Origin: Escherichia phage HK578
Length of the DNA stretch: 43,741 nucleotides
Sequence record: NC_019724.1
Strand: one strand, 5' to 3'
The position numbers and the translations under genes are program-made. The notes beneath the pieces were generated by a model. It saw nothing but the letters and a program-made list of their open reading frames with translations, was not told where the DNA came from and did no database searches. Positions 26,977 through 35,574 of the stretch are shown one piece after another (position 1 is the first letter of the stretch; every line of letters begins with the position of its first letter).

Positions 26977-28397
26977 TTGCGCGCCTTTTTAGCTTTCATG
27001 TATTCCATTAAATCGTCCTGAATATCGCGCTTACTGTCGCGACGTTCGGCGACCAGTTCATCCAGTGTGCCGCGAGCCTGGATAATGTAGACGAATACTG
27101 GACGAGGGTGCCCGGCTTGCATCTGGCGAACTGGCCCGATACGCTCCACGATCTGCGCAAAGTGCTCGTAGTTCCAGGTGTCTGAGAAGATAGCAAGGTG
27201 GTGTCCGCCATCCTGCAAGTTAAGGCCGTGACCCGCCGATGCCGGGTGCGCAAACATGATGGGGATCTCGCCCCTGTTCCACGCTTCCATATCCTTATTT
27301 CCTTGCTTTCCCTTACCCATCGCTACGCCGTGCGGGAATTTCTTCTTAAGACGTGCCAAGTCATGCTTGTACTGGTACGCGACGAGCAACGGTGCGCCGT
27401 TCAACTCCTCCACGATACTTTCCAGCGCGTCCAGTTTAGCGTCGTGGATTTTCACCCATTCGTCGGTGCGCTCGCCGTCTTCGTCGACTTTATACACGGC
27501 CCCTGAAGCAAGCTGAAGGCACTTAATAGTCTTCGACGCAGCGTTCGCCGCCTCCACAGTTCCGCTTTCCAGTTCGGCAAATAGCTCCGCTTCGAACTGG
27601 TCATAAATCTTGCGGGCTTTCTTCGGCAGGTCCACAACAACCGGCGTATAGATTGGCTTGTCACATCCGAAGTATTCAGCCGCATCAACTGTGAGCGACA
27701 CGTCGGACAGGCGTTGTTGTATTTCTTTCTCGGAGTTCTTAAGCGGGGCGTGCTGCATAGTGAAGCTGCCAGGCTTAACAGGCTTGCTAATAAACCAGCG
27801 ATCCGTGAATGCCTTATAGCTACTGCCGAGGCGTTCGCCACCATCGACAAACCACGTCTGACCCCACAGGTCTTTCAGTCCGTTTGGTGCGGGTGTGCCG
27901 GTTAGGTTAATCCAGCGCTTGACGTGCTTGTGAGCAATCGCCGCCAGCGCACGGGCGCGCTTACTTCCCTGCTTGCTTCGATAGCCTTTCAGCTTAGTCG
28001 ATTCATCGGCAACCACGACCGTAAAGGGCCACTCGTCGCCGCAATACTCAACAAGCCACTCAACTACATCATAGTTAATACAAACCACGTTAGCGTCGCT
28101 CTCAAGCGCAGCGATGCGGTCCTTCTCCGACCCAGTGCCATCTACTACCAGCAAGGCGGGGAAGCGCCATTTTTCCTGCTCTGGGGGCCATGTACCGGAC
28201 GCAACGCGCAGCGGGGCCAGCACCAGTACGCGGTCCTCCTGGTTGGACAGGATGCCGGTCTGGAACATTTTATTCAGTGCCCACATAGTCGCGCCGGTTT
28301 TGCCCGACCCCATTGTCGCCCATATATTGCATCGCTTATGCTTGAGGATGAACGCGGTTATCAATTTCTGATATTCGCGACGTCGGAATCTTGCCAT
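26973..28397 (-). CDS. SNF2-family helicase
   Basis: Walker A MGSGKTG, motif II VVADEST, motif III LTGTPAPNGL; start taken at ATG 28397 (MARFRRREYQ...), longer ORF to 28487 possible. Confidence 0.8.
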   Translation of the reverse strand: MARFRRREYQKLITAFILKHKRCNIWATMGSGKTGATMWALNKMFQTGILSNQEDRVLVLAPLRVASGTWPPEQEKWRFPALLVVDGTGSEKDRIAALESDANVVCINYDVVEWLVEYCGDEWPFTVVVADESTKLKGYRSKQGSKRARALAAIAHKHVKRWINLTGTPAPNGLKDLWGQTWFVDGGERLGSSYKAFTDRWFISKPVKPGSFTMQHAPLKNSEKEIQQRLSDVSLTVDAAEYFGCDKPIYTPVVVDLPKKARKIYDQFEAELFAELESGTVEAANAASKTIKCLQLASGAVYKVDEDGERTDEWVKIHDAKLDALESIVEELNGAPLLVAYQYKHDLARLKKKFPHGVAMGKGKQGNKDMEAWNRGEIPIMFAHPASAGHGLNLQDGGHHLAIFSDTWNYEHFAQIVERIGPVRQMQAGHPRPVFVYIIQARGTLDELVAERRDSKRDIQDDLMEYMKAKKARK

Positions 28398-28401
28398 ATC
28401 T

Positions 28402-28620
28402 TTATTCCGCCTTTTTCCAGACTTCTGTCTCACTGTTCCAGTTCCTTTTTGTCGCGTCGTAGTTGGTGGCGTGTCCGATGTGCACACCAGTAGCCCGGAA
28501 GCTCTTAAATTTTTGCCAGCACACCGTCAACGGCAGCGGGTAATTCATGCCCGCGATAAACCATACGCGATCGCCTGGTTTGCATTCGCCCAGTGTGGTA
28601 AGTCGGTAGTGTTCTTTCAT
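28402..28620 (-). CDS. hypothetical protein
   Basis: 72 aa from third ATG (MKEHYRLTT...) 7 nt after GGGAGA; alternative starts up to 28635. Confidence 0.4.
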   Translation of the reverse strand: MKEHYRLTTLGECKPGDRVWFIAGMNYPLPLTVCWQKFKSFRATGVHIGHATNYDATKRNWNSETEVWKKAE

Positions 28621-28663
28621 CGTCATGTCTCCCAAAAATGGCGGGACAAGCCCGCCGTATTAA

Positions 28664-28837
28664 TTATTTTTGCGCTGCGCGGTAGCGGCGCTGCCGTTCG
28701 CGCTCTTTCTTATTGCGGCATGATTTGCACTCGGCACGATACCCATCGGGGCTGCGCGCAGTTTTGCCGGTGTATTTATGGAACTGGGACAGCGGTTTAA
28801 CACAACCGCAATTACTGCAGCGTTTTTCTTCAATCAT
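28664..28837 (-). CDS. small zinc-ribbon protein
   Basis: 57 aa from ATG 28837 with SD GAGGA; CxxC...CxxC (CSNCGC ... CKSC) and basic C-terminus. Confidence 0.45.
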   Translation of the reverse strand: MIEEKRCSNCGCVKPLSQFHKYTGKTARSPDGYRAECKSCRNKKERERQRRYRAAQK

Positions 28838-28877
28838 TTCTAAAATCCTCGTTAGTGCTAACCTGCTCACTATACTG

Positions 28878-29156
28878 TTAAGCGACCAATTCAGCAACCA
28901 ATAAATCACAGTCGGCTATGTTGTCGATAACGCGAACGTCCGCACCGCGGCGGGCCATTCGCTCATGTTCTCGTACCTGGTGCGGCTTCGGTTTGCCGCC
29001 GGGGCGCTTCACTTCGACGAAAACTATCTTGCCGTTGATGATGATTATAAGGTCTGGCGCTCCCGCGCGCCCCTCCCATGCCACTTTACGGCAGAATCCG
29101 CCGACGGCTTTAACCAACTTCATAAGGTGACTTTGGATCTTGCCTTCTGGTGTCAT
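28878..29156 (-). CDS. VRR-NUC domain nuclease
   Basis: PD-(D/E)xK signature PDLIII...GKIVFVEVKRPGGKPKPHQ; start at ATG 29156 with SD GAGGAA. Confidence 0.75.
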   Translation of the reverse strand: MTPEGKIQSHLMKLVKAVGGFCRKVAWEGRAGAPDLIIIINGKIVFVEVKRPGGKPKPHQVREHERMARRGADVRVIDNIADCDLLVAELVA

Positions 29157-29485
29157 TGTGCGTTCCTCACTCGGCATATCTCACCCGCAATATGCCCGAT
29201 TAAATACGCCATAACCTCCTGGTTGTGGAGGTCCGGCGCAACCCCCCGGTCCCTCATGAGATTCATTGCTACGTGGGTGGCCTCATGAGCAACCGTGTGC
29301 ATACTTGCGGTGTGTGGCATCCATACAAGGCATGTTCCGTTGCCGAAAACGACGAAGGCATTGGCCTTAAAATCATCGATGCCAGGTTGATACCCGGTTA
29401 TCCGCTTGCATTTTGCCGCCACCTCGTCAGCGCATGGCGAGACAAAAAATTCATATCTATAAACGTCTACTTTTACTTTTTTCAT
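29153..29485 (-). CDS. putative zinc metallopeptidase (HExxH)
   Basis: 110 aa from ATG 29485 with SD AGGAAG; HEATH motif (VAHEATHVAMNL); family not assigned. Confidence 0.5.
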   Translation of the reverse strand: MKKVKVDVYRYEFFVSPCADEVAAKCKRITGYQPGIDDFKANAFVVFGNGTCLVWMPHTASMHTVAHEATHVAMNLMRDRGVAPDLHNQEVMAYLIGHIAGEICRVRNAQ

Positions 29486-29489
29486 AGTC

Positions 29490-31781
29490 TTACTTCCTGT
29501 AGCGATACATAACATCGCCCTCTGCGGCAAGCGGGAAGCCTTTCGCCCAAATAGGCAGGTCGCACATCAGCGCGCACAACTCCTCGGTTGTGTAGTCGTC
29601 AGTATCCGGCACTTCGGTGATCAATTCATCGTGTACGGACAGTACGATCTCATACCCCGCAGCTTCAACACCCGGCATGGACCATGCGAGGATATCGCGG
29701 CACAGCGCCTGCACGATGTTTTCCGTCAGTTTGCCGCCGTAGGTGTACTGGAATCCCCACTGGCGCGTCGTCTGATTCTCACCCTGATATTTAATGCGGG
29801 TGCTGGTGCGCTTCTTGCCGGTATCTTCGTCGATCTCGGTCGTCACTGACAGCGCAATGCCTGGATAACTCATAATACGCCCCGACGGCAACTCAATTTT
29901 CAACCACCACCCCGCGGCGTTCGGGTCGTCGCGCTCCTCGTCGAAGGTTGGGTCGTGCTTCGCCTTCGTGCGCACAATCTTGAGCGCTTTTCTACCGTCC
30001 GGGCGAACGTTCGCGCCAGCCCAGTATGCTTTGCCCGGATTGCGGATTGCACACAACACCGCGTCCTCAAGCTCGGCCCAAAATGCTACCGTCTTCGGGT
30101 GCGACTCACGCCACATACGTTTGATCGCATCACACGTCAGCCATACGTTTTTCGGCAGTATGTAAGTTGGGCGCTCGTCCTTCTTGCCAGGCTTCGGCGG
30201 GCGCTTCGCTTCGTTAATGCGGGCATATTCATAACCCCGTTTCGCCGCCGCCCAAATGTGATCGGGGAATGTGCCCTTCATCACTTCAGCCATCGCGTAA
30301 AGGTCAAGGCCCAGGTTTTTAGCGAACTGCAAGAACGCGGCAACGCCACCTCCATAGCCCAACCCCAATTCGCACGCCTTACCAATCTGGCGCAAGTCTT
30401 TGCGGTTGGCTTTAATGTATTCCGGGTCGAGGCCGAACATCTTACCGGCAGTTTCACAATAGATATCGCGTCCGGCCTTAAACACCATTAGCGCGGTTTT
30501 CTCGCCAGCGATCCAGGCGAGGCCACGCCCTTCCACGTTGGAGTAGTCCGCTACGACAAACTTCTTACCCTTCGCCGGAATAATGCACCCGCGAACAGTC
30601 GAGGCCGTTAGCTTCGATATGTCATACGCCCAGTGCGCTGTCCCGCGTAACAGGGAGTTGATGCCGTTGGTGAGCATGTGCGACCGCACCCAAAACGCTA
30701 CGTCGCTCTCGCCTTCACGGCGTTTAATCTTCCCTTCGTGGTCGTCGCTATACTCGCCGCGTGCCAGGTTTTGAGGCTGAAAGCCTTTACCGGCCCAGCG
30801 TAGCGTGCGCTTTGCGCCGCCATACTGGAGACACCCACGGCGGCGACCATCGGCGGATAGACCATTCACAAGCGGATTGTACTTAGTCGATGCCGTTGAT
30901 GACGCACCGAGGCGCATCTCGATAAGCACTTTGCCTTCGTCGGGGAAGTCTGGGTCTTCAAGCAGGTCGTTAAGCGTGGATTTCTGTGCGTTGTGGATTG
31001 TGAACGCAGGCGCGAGGTCGCGCAGCGCGGGCAAGAAGTCATTGCCGGTTAGCTTACCCCCGAAGCGCTCCCAGGCTTCTTCCTTCAATTCTTCCTTATG
31101 CGCTTGCACCGCTTTGATCGCGGCGTTCGCCAGGTCAACGTCCACGTAGAAGCCGCGGTCATTGATCAACTGGTCAATAAGCAGGATTTCGTCTTCCTTC
31201 GGCGTGTTGCCCCAGTCCGGTATGCGCCAATAGACTTCCCTCATAGCGATGATATCCAACGCGGCATAGCGCAGGAATTTGGCCCATTCTTCAGGGTGAG
31301 TCTCGCGGGTGTAGCGGCGGATTTTGTAGGTCTTAGGGGTAGGCTTACAGAATCGTTTGATCAGCGCCTTGCCAGCCTTATCCTTCGCGTGATCTGCGTC
31401 AACGCCCAGCACCTGGCACTGCATATCGAGACTACCCGGCAACGCGTGTCGAAAGGCCATAATCATGGTATCTTCGATCTGGCACACTGGCAGGTCAATG
31501 CCCCACTTCTCGCGAATGACCAGGCGGTCAAACAGGAGGCCGTTAGCCATCACGATTTTTGCTTTCTTGCGGGATACCCGGCGGAGCGCCTTGCGCAGTT
31601 CACGCGGCATTGTGGGGGACTCGGTGCAATCCCAGGTCTGTACGCGGCCCTCGTCGATGGCATAGGTGCAGATCATAATCTCGGTTGTCGGGTGCTCTGC
31701 GTAGGCGTATGCGCCCACTTTCTTCAGATCCACCCCGCTAAATGTCTCGGTATCGAGAAACAGGCGTTCGAAGTCTTTCAT
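29490..31781 (-). CDS. DNA polymerase, family A, with 3'-5' exonuclease domain
   Basis: 763 aa; Exo motif FLDTETFS; motif A-like DYSNVEGRGLAW, motif B-like RQIGKACELGLGYGGG, motif C VLSVHDELI. Confidence 0.9.
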   Translation of the reverse strand: MKDFERLFLDTETFSGVDLKKVGAYAYAEHPTTEIMICTYAIDEGRVQTWDCTESPTMPRELRKALRRVSRKKAKIVMANGLLFDRLVIREKWGIDLPVCQIEDTMIMAFRHALPGSLDMQCQVLGVDADHAKDKAGKALIKRFCKPTPKTYKIRRYTRETHPEEWAKFLRYAALDIIAMREVYWRIPDWGNTPKEDEILLIDQLINDRGFYVDVDLANAAIKAVQAHKEELKEEAWERFGGKLTGNDFLPALRDLAPAFTIHNAQKSTLNDLLEDPDFPDEGKVLIEMRLGASSTASTKYNPLVNGLSADGRRRGCLQYGGAKRTLRWAGKGFQPQNLARGEYSDDHEGKIKRREGESDVAFWVRSHMLTNGINSLLRGTAHWAYDISKLTASTVRGCIIPAKGKKFVVADYSNVEGRGLAWIAGEKTALMVFKAGRDIYCETAGKMFGLDPEYIKANRKDLRQIGKACELGLGYGGGVAAFLQFAKNLGLDLYAMAEVMKGTFPDHIWAAAKRGYEYARINEAKRPPKPGKKDERPTYILPKNVWLTCDAIKRMWRESHPKTVAFWAELEDAVLCAIRNPGKAYWAGANVRPDGRKALKIVRTKAKHDPTFDEERDDPNAAGWWLKIELPSGRIMSYPGIALSVTTEIDEDTGKKRTSTRIKYQGENQTTRQWGFQYTYGGKLTENIVQALCRDILAWSMPGVEAAGYEIVLSVHDELITEVPDTDDYTTEELCALMCDLPIWAKGFPLAAEGDVMYRYRK

Positions 31782-31948
31782 TGCTTAATCCTCACTACGG
31801 CGTCGGTGCTGCCGATCATGGAGAAGATACCGTCGGAAAGGGTTATCTCCTCGCCGTTGTTGCGAATCTCGGTAACGATGAAATACTCGCCCAGCGTTTT
31901 GGACCATACTCGCATTCCGACTTTTACTTCGCTGGCTTTAATACGCAT
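31778..31948 (-). CDS. small hypothetical protein (not in ORF track)
   Basis: 56 codons (MRIKASEVKVGMRVWSKTLGEYFIVTEIRNNGEEITLSDGIFSMIGSTDAVVRIKQ), SD AGGACA, stop overlaps polymerase start (ATGA). Confidence 0.4.
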   Translation of the reverse strand: MRIKASEVKVGMRVWSKTLGEYFIVTEIRNNGEEITLSDGIFSMIGSTDAVVRIKQ

Positions 31949-31964
31949 TTTTCATTGTCCTATT

Positions 31965-31988
31965 AAAAAGCCCGCATTAAGCGGGCTT
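31965..31988 (-). terminator. intrinsic terminator / attenuator between SSB-like gene and polymerase block
   Basis: minus strand AAGCCCGC-ttaat-GCGGGCTT followed by TTTTT. Confidence 0.5.
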
Positions 31989-32006
31989 GAATAGTGGGCT
32001 TCGCCC

Positions 32007-32729
32007 TTAACGGCGGCGACGTTTACGTGGTGCTTCGTCTTCGTCGTCTTCGTCCTCATCCTCATCGTCGCGCGGCTTACGACGTTTACGAGGTTTTTCA
32101 TCTTCGTCATCATCGCGGCGCTTGGACTTTTTGGACTTGCGCGGGCTTTCATCTTCGTCATCATCGCCCAGGTCTTCGTCGGAGCAAGAAGACCCGCCAC
32201 CGCCGAAGGCTTCACCGTCATCACGGAAGCGTAAACCCAGCAAGCCAGCACCGAGTCCCTTGCCGTTGGTATTGTTCCACGCCCAAATATCCAAGGACAC
32301 GTTGCAATAACAACCGGAGTAGATCTCCTGGCCTTCGATCTCGTCGCCTTCTACGGTCAGACCTTGTTCCGTCTGCTTCTCGCCGAGTGACGTTTGAATG
32401 ACCGGCTGTTTGAACGATTTGGCGTTGATGTACAACATGCCTTCGAATTCTTCGGTTACTTCGTCGCGCTCGTCACCGTCGCGAACTGCGCATTCCTTAG
32501 AATCCTGGGCGTAGTGGCGGTCCATCCACTTATCAGCATTCTTCTCGGATTTCAGCTTGTCGGTGAGCACTGCGCGCGCTGCCGCTTCCACTTTGTCCAC
32601 CTGCGGGTCTTCTTTATCAAGAAGAATCACTGCGCGGTATGCCGGTTTTTGTCCATCCTGTTTAGGGGTATCACGTTCCCAAATTTTAAGGAAACATACG
32701 CGCACATTTTTCAGGTTGACTTTAGCCAT
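32007..32729 (-). CDS. ssDNA-binding protein-like (DUF2815-type)
   Basis: ATG 32729 (MAKVNLKNVRVCF...) with SD GAGGAA; family assignment from memory of the N-terminal pattern and co-occurrence with exonuclease and PolA; highly charged C-terminal tail. Confidence 0.5.
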   Translation of the reverse strand: MAKVNLKNVRVCFLKIWERDTPKQDGQKPAYRAVILLDKEDPQVDKVEAAARAVLTDKLKSEKNADKWMDRHYAQDSKECAVRDGDERDEVTEEFEGMLYINAKSFKQPVIQTSLGEKQTEQGLTVEGDEIEGQEIYSGCYCNVSLDIWAWNNTNGKGLGAGLLGLRFRDDGEAFGGGGSSCSDEDLGDDDEDESPRKSKKSKRRDDDEDEKPRKRRKPRDDEDEDEDDEDEAPRKRRRR

Positions 32730-32793
32730 TTTCCAATTCCTCATTTTACATGTATCGGGGTTATTGTAAGCCACCCCGTTCGGCTTGGTTGCT

Positions 32794-32822
32794 AATCTAC
32801 TTGGTTGCGCCTAAGCGGTCAA
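32794..32822 (-). promoter_or_regulatory. sigma70-like internal promoter
   Basis: minus strand TTGACC-17 nt-TAGATT; direct repeats TTGGTTGC at 32785-32792 and 32801-32808. Confidence 0.35.
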
Positions 32823-32833
32823 GCACTTTTTTA

Positions 32834-34261
32834 TTAATTTTTTAAATCCTCGTCAGTAGCTTCAGACCACGCGGGGCGCGGGTCGTCGATAGGTGCTAAC
32901 ACCGGTTTAGCAGGTGCGCGCGTGATTTTATCACACAGCTTCGCCCACACTTTCGGTTTTTCGTCCTTCAGCACCTTCTCGGCATCTGTTGGGCTGAGCA
33001 ATGTTTCTTTGTACATCACATCGCGCTTGATCCGGGCCTTCGTGAATATTTCAATCACTTCGCTCTCGTCCGCCCACTTCCGGATCCCTTCCTTGCCTGC
33101 AACCATCTTGAGGCCCAGCGATTCGCCATCCCCAGCCATTACCGCTTTGAATACCGCGGACTCGATAGCTTTGATGTGCTGGCGCATTGCGTCCAGACCT
33201 TCATAAGCCTTGCGCAGTTCCGCCGCGCTCATAGCACCGGGGGCCGCTTCTTTCTTGCCCCGTTTAGCACGTCGTGCCGCCTTGCGGGCTTCGCGGGCCA
33301 TATTGAGGCCGTGGTTGGCGCATTCTTCCGCTGTCGCAATACTCTCGTCGTCGCCCAGGTCTTCGTCGGTTGCCGTTGGTGGTGTCATCGTATCGATTGC
33401 AGCCTTCGCCCTGGCGCTACACTGGTCCGCAAATCTGCACCACTGGCACGCATCAACGCTGGGGCGGAAGTCGGCACGGGTAAGCCCCTTCTTGCCGCGG
33501 GTGTACGCATCGAGAGCGGCGATAGCACGCTTGGACGCAAACTTCGCGAATATCTCCAGCGCTTCTACCGAAATATCCCACTCCGACGCCCCGCCGCAAT
33601 ACGGCTGGAAGATAACCAGGCGCACGGTCGTAATGTCGTACATAGTTTGCAGCTTGCGTAGCAGGCCCAGCGCGTACAACATAAGCTGTTTGTTTTCTTT
33701 TGCCTCGACCTTATGCCGCCCGGTCTTCAGGTCGCCAACAATCAGCATGTACGTGCCGTCGGTCTTTTTCATTACCATGGCCATATCGGCAGTACCGAAC
33801 GTTTTAATCCTGTTGCCGTCGCTCTCGAATCCTGAATGAAGGACGCGGGTCAGATCGGCGCGCATCTCAAGCTGAACAAACTCCGCCACTTCGAGGAGCG
33901 GTCGCCAGTGGTCGATGTACGCGTCGCACTGTTTCACCATGTCGTCGTTGACCAGTACGCCGCCTTTCGGTGCTTTCGGGTGGGCCTTTACTGGCCCCTT
34001 GCCTTCGTTCTCGACGTAGCACCCTTTATACGTCTTCGCGGTTATCAGCTTCTCCCCGGCGATAATGCGGTTTAGCACCACTTCAGATACGGTGTGCATA
34101 CTCGTACCGTTAATCGCCGCTTGCCCGGATTCGTTAGGGATATCTTTTTCCACCACCAGGGCGGCGGGGCAACCCATCCATTTTTTAGCACCGGACGGGC
34201 CGAGTAATGAGTGTTCCGTGTTGCTACCGGATTGCGTTTTACGTTTTGGTTTAATCGCCAT
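32834..34261 (-). CDS. RecB/Cas4-like exonuclease (DUF2800-type PD-(D/E)xK nuclease)
   Basis: 475 aa; nuclease motifs GTADMAMV, IVGDLKTG, QLMLYALGL and C-terminal Cys cluster CQWCRFADQC (Fe-S-type); adjacent to SSB-like and PolA genes. Confidence 0.7.
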   Translation of the reverse strand: MAIKPKRKTQSGSNTEHSLLGPSGAKKWMGCPAALVVEKDIPNESGQAAINGTSMHTVSEVVLNRIIAGEKLITAKTYKGCYVENEGKGPVKAHPKAPKGGVLVNDDMVKQCDAYIDHWRPLLEVAEFVQLEMRADLTRVLHSGFESDGNRIKTFGTADMAMVMKKTDGTYMLIVGDLKTGRHKVEAKENKQLMLYALGLLRKLQTMYDITTVRLVIFQPYCGGASEWDISVEALEIFAKFASKRAIAALDAYTRGKKGLTRADFRPSVDACQWCRFADQCSARAKAAIDTMTPPTATDEDLGDDESIATAEECANHGLNMAREARKAARRAKRGKKEAAPGAMSAAELRKAYEGLDAMRQHIKAIESAVFKAVMAGDGESLGLKMVAGKEGIRKWADESEVIEIFTKARIKRDVMYKETLLSPTDAEKVLKDEKPKVWAKLCDKITRAPAKPVLAPIDDPRPAWSEATDEDLKN

Positions 34262-34440
34262 TATTCCACCCGTGTAAACTGGACAATTACATATTTCACA
34301 TTAGCCATGCCCGCTTTTTCGACGCGGCGCTTAACTTCATTTTGTGCGTCAACAAAGCAATTGCTTGCGTTGGTGTTTTCAACAATAAAAGAGCAATGGT
34401 CGTCTAATTCGTGGCATGTTGCCATCACGAAGAATTTCAT
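34261..34440 (-). CDS. small Cys/His-containing hypothetical protein (not in ORF track)
   Basis: 59 codons (MKFFVMATCHELDDHCSFIVENTNASNCFVD...); start overlaps upstream stop and stop overlaps exonuclease start (TAATG both sides). Confidence 0.4.
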   Translation of the reverse strand: MKFFVMATCHELDDHCSFIVENTNASNCFVDAQNEVKRRVEKAGMANVKYVIVQFTRVE

Positions 34441-34691
34441 TATTTCGTCTCCCAGCGGTCAATCGTTCTTGCCTCGGATGCAACTGCGAAGCGAACATAT
34501 TCCAGATTGGAATCTGCCCAAATATAAAAGTCGGGATTAGTAAAGGTGGTGCGCTTAATTTGCGCGGGGGTATTGCGGCGTTTATCTAATACGGCAACGC
34601 GTGACTGAAAGCCGCCGATGCGTTCGAATAGCCAATAGCACGGGCGCTGGTCGCGGGAATCCACCGCCTCGATTAATGTAAATCGTGCCAT
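34440..34691 (-). CDS. hypothetical protein
   Basis: 83 aa, ATG 34691 with SD GAGGA, preceded by terminator-like hairpin. Confidence 0.5.
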   Translation of the reverse strand: MARFTLIEAVDSRDQRPCYWLFERIGGFQSRVAVLDKRRNTPAQIKRTTFTNPDFYIWADSNLEYVRFAVASEARTIDRWETK

Positions 34692-34704
34692 TGTCTCGTC
34701 CTCT

Positions 34705-34731
34705 AAAAAGAGGCCCGCAGATTAGCGGGCC
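34705..34731 (-). terminator. intrinsic terminator / attenuator
   Basis: minus strand GGCCCGC-taatct-GCGGGCC followed by TCTTTTT, between first and second genes of the leftward operon. Confidence 0.5.
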
Positions 34732-34739
34732 GGATAATA

Positions 34740-35171
34740 TTAGTCTTCCAGTTCGAAATAAGTTTCGACGATTTCTTTCAGGTCTTTGTGGAAGTCTTCC
34801 ACGTCGTCGTCTTCCAGTTTAGCGATTGATTTGATCTCGAACGCTTCCAGCAGGTCGTCAAATTCGTCGTTCGCGTCGTCGTCATCGCCCCCGGCGATAA
34901 TCGCGGCATACTGTTTGATCTCGTCGCGCATCTCTGCCAGCGGATCGGCATCTTTCTTACCTTTGCCTTTCGCCGTGGCTTTTTTACCTTTCGCCGGTTT
35001 TTCGTCTTCGGCTTCTCCATCGTCGTCATCTTCTACGACTTCTTTTTTGGCCTTAGACGGCTTCTTGTCTTCCTGCTTATCAACGGCAGCGCCAACGGTT
35101 TCATAATGCTTAGCGATGGTTTCCAGTGCTACTACGCCGCGAGTAATCAGGTTTACGATTTGTTCAAACAT
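34740..35171 (-). CDS. acidic hypothetical protein (first gene of early leftward operon)
   Basis: 143 aa from ATG 35171 (MFEQIVNLITRG...) with SD GGAGA; upstream part of track ORF to 35399 is treated as 5'UTR. Confidence 0.5.
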   Translation of the reverse strand: MFEQIVNLITRGVVALETIAKHYETVGAAVDKQEDKKPSKAKKEVVEDDDDGEAEDEKPAKGKKATAKGKGKKDADPLAEMRDEIKQYAAIIAGGDDDDANDEFDDLLEAFEIKSIAKLEDDDVEDFHKDLKEIVETYFELED

Positions 35172-35367
35172 GGTGTATCTCCAATTGGTTAAGTTTAGGT
35201 GTCGGCAGTAAACTTCGTCGGTGGCCTTAACATATTGCCAGGTTACGCGTTCTCCCTTTCGGGTAGTGGACCTGGTTATATAATCACGGTTGGGAATCCT
35301 GACACTTCGATCCGGCCCCTGCGTTGCCCCTCTCCAGTTTGCGTCCTGCATCCTGTCGACGAGGTGA

Positions 35368-35396
35368 ATATTAGATTGGTTGCAGAAGGGAGTCAA
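35368..35396 (-). promoter_or_regulatory. early leftward sigma70-like promoter
   Basis: minus strand TTGACT-17 nt-TAATAT; ATTGGTTGCA (35375-35384) lies in the spacer. Confidence 0.5.
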
Positions 35397-35407
35397 CAAC
35401 TAATTTC

Positions 35408-35441
35408 AAAAAAAAAGCGCCGAGGCAAAATGCAACGGCGC
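35408..35441 (-). terminator. minus-strand intrinsic terminator in divergent control region
   Basis: minus strand GCGCCG-13-nt loop-CGGCGC followed by nine T; would stop antisense transcription entering the leftward promoter. Confidence 0.45.
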
Positions 35442-35512
35442 TAACCAATAAGAGACAATGAGACGGGAATTATTATTACACGCGCGCGCGCCCGTTTCAA
35501 TATCCAAAGGAG

Positions 35513-35541
35513 TTGACACTGTTTATTTTTAAGCATAGTAT
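35513..35541 (+). promoter_or_regulatory. early rightward sigma70 promoter
   Basis: TTGACA-17 nt-TAGTAT, 33 nt upstream of ATG 35575. Confidence 0.55.
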
Positions 35542-35574
35542 GCGACCCGCACCCCGAACACACGAGACACAGCA

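Noticed and set aside
34740-35399. Full-length 219-aa version of the first leftward gene starting at TTG 35399
   Set aside because: The upstream 76 codons run through the promoter and 5'UTR and start with TTG without SD; internal ATG at 35171 has SD GGAGA.
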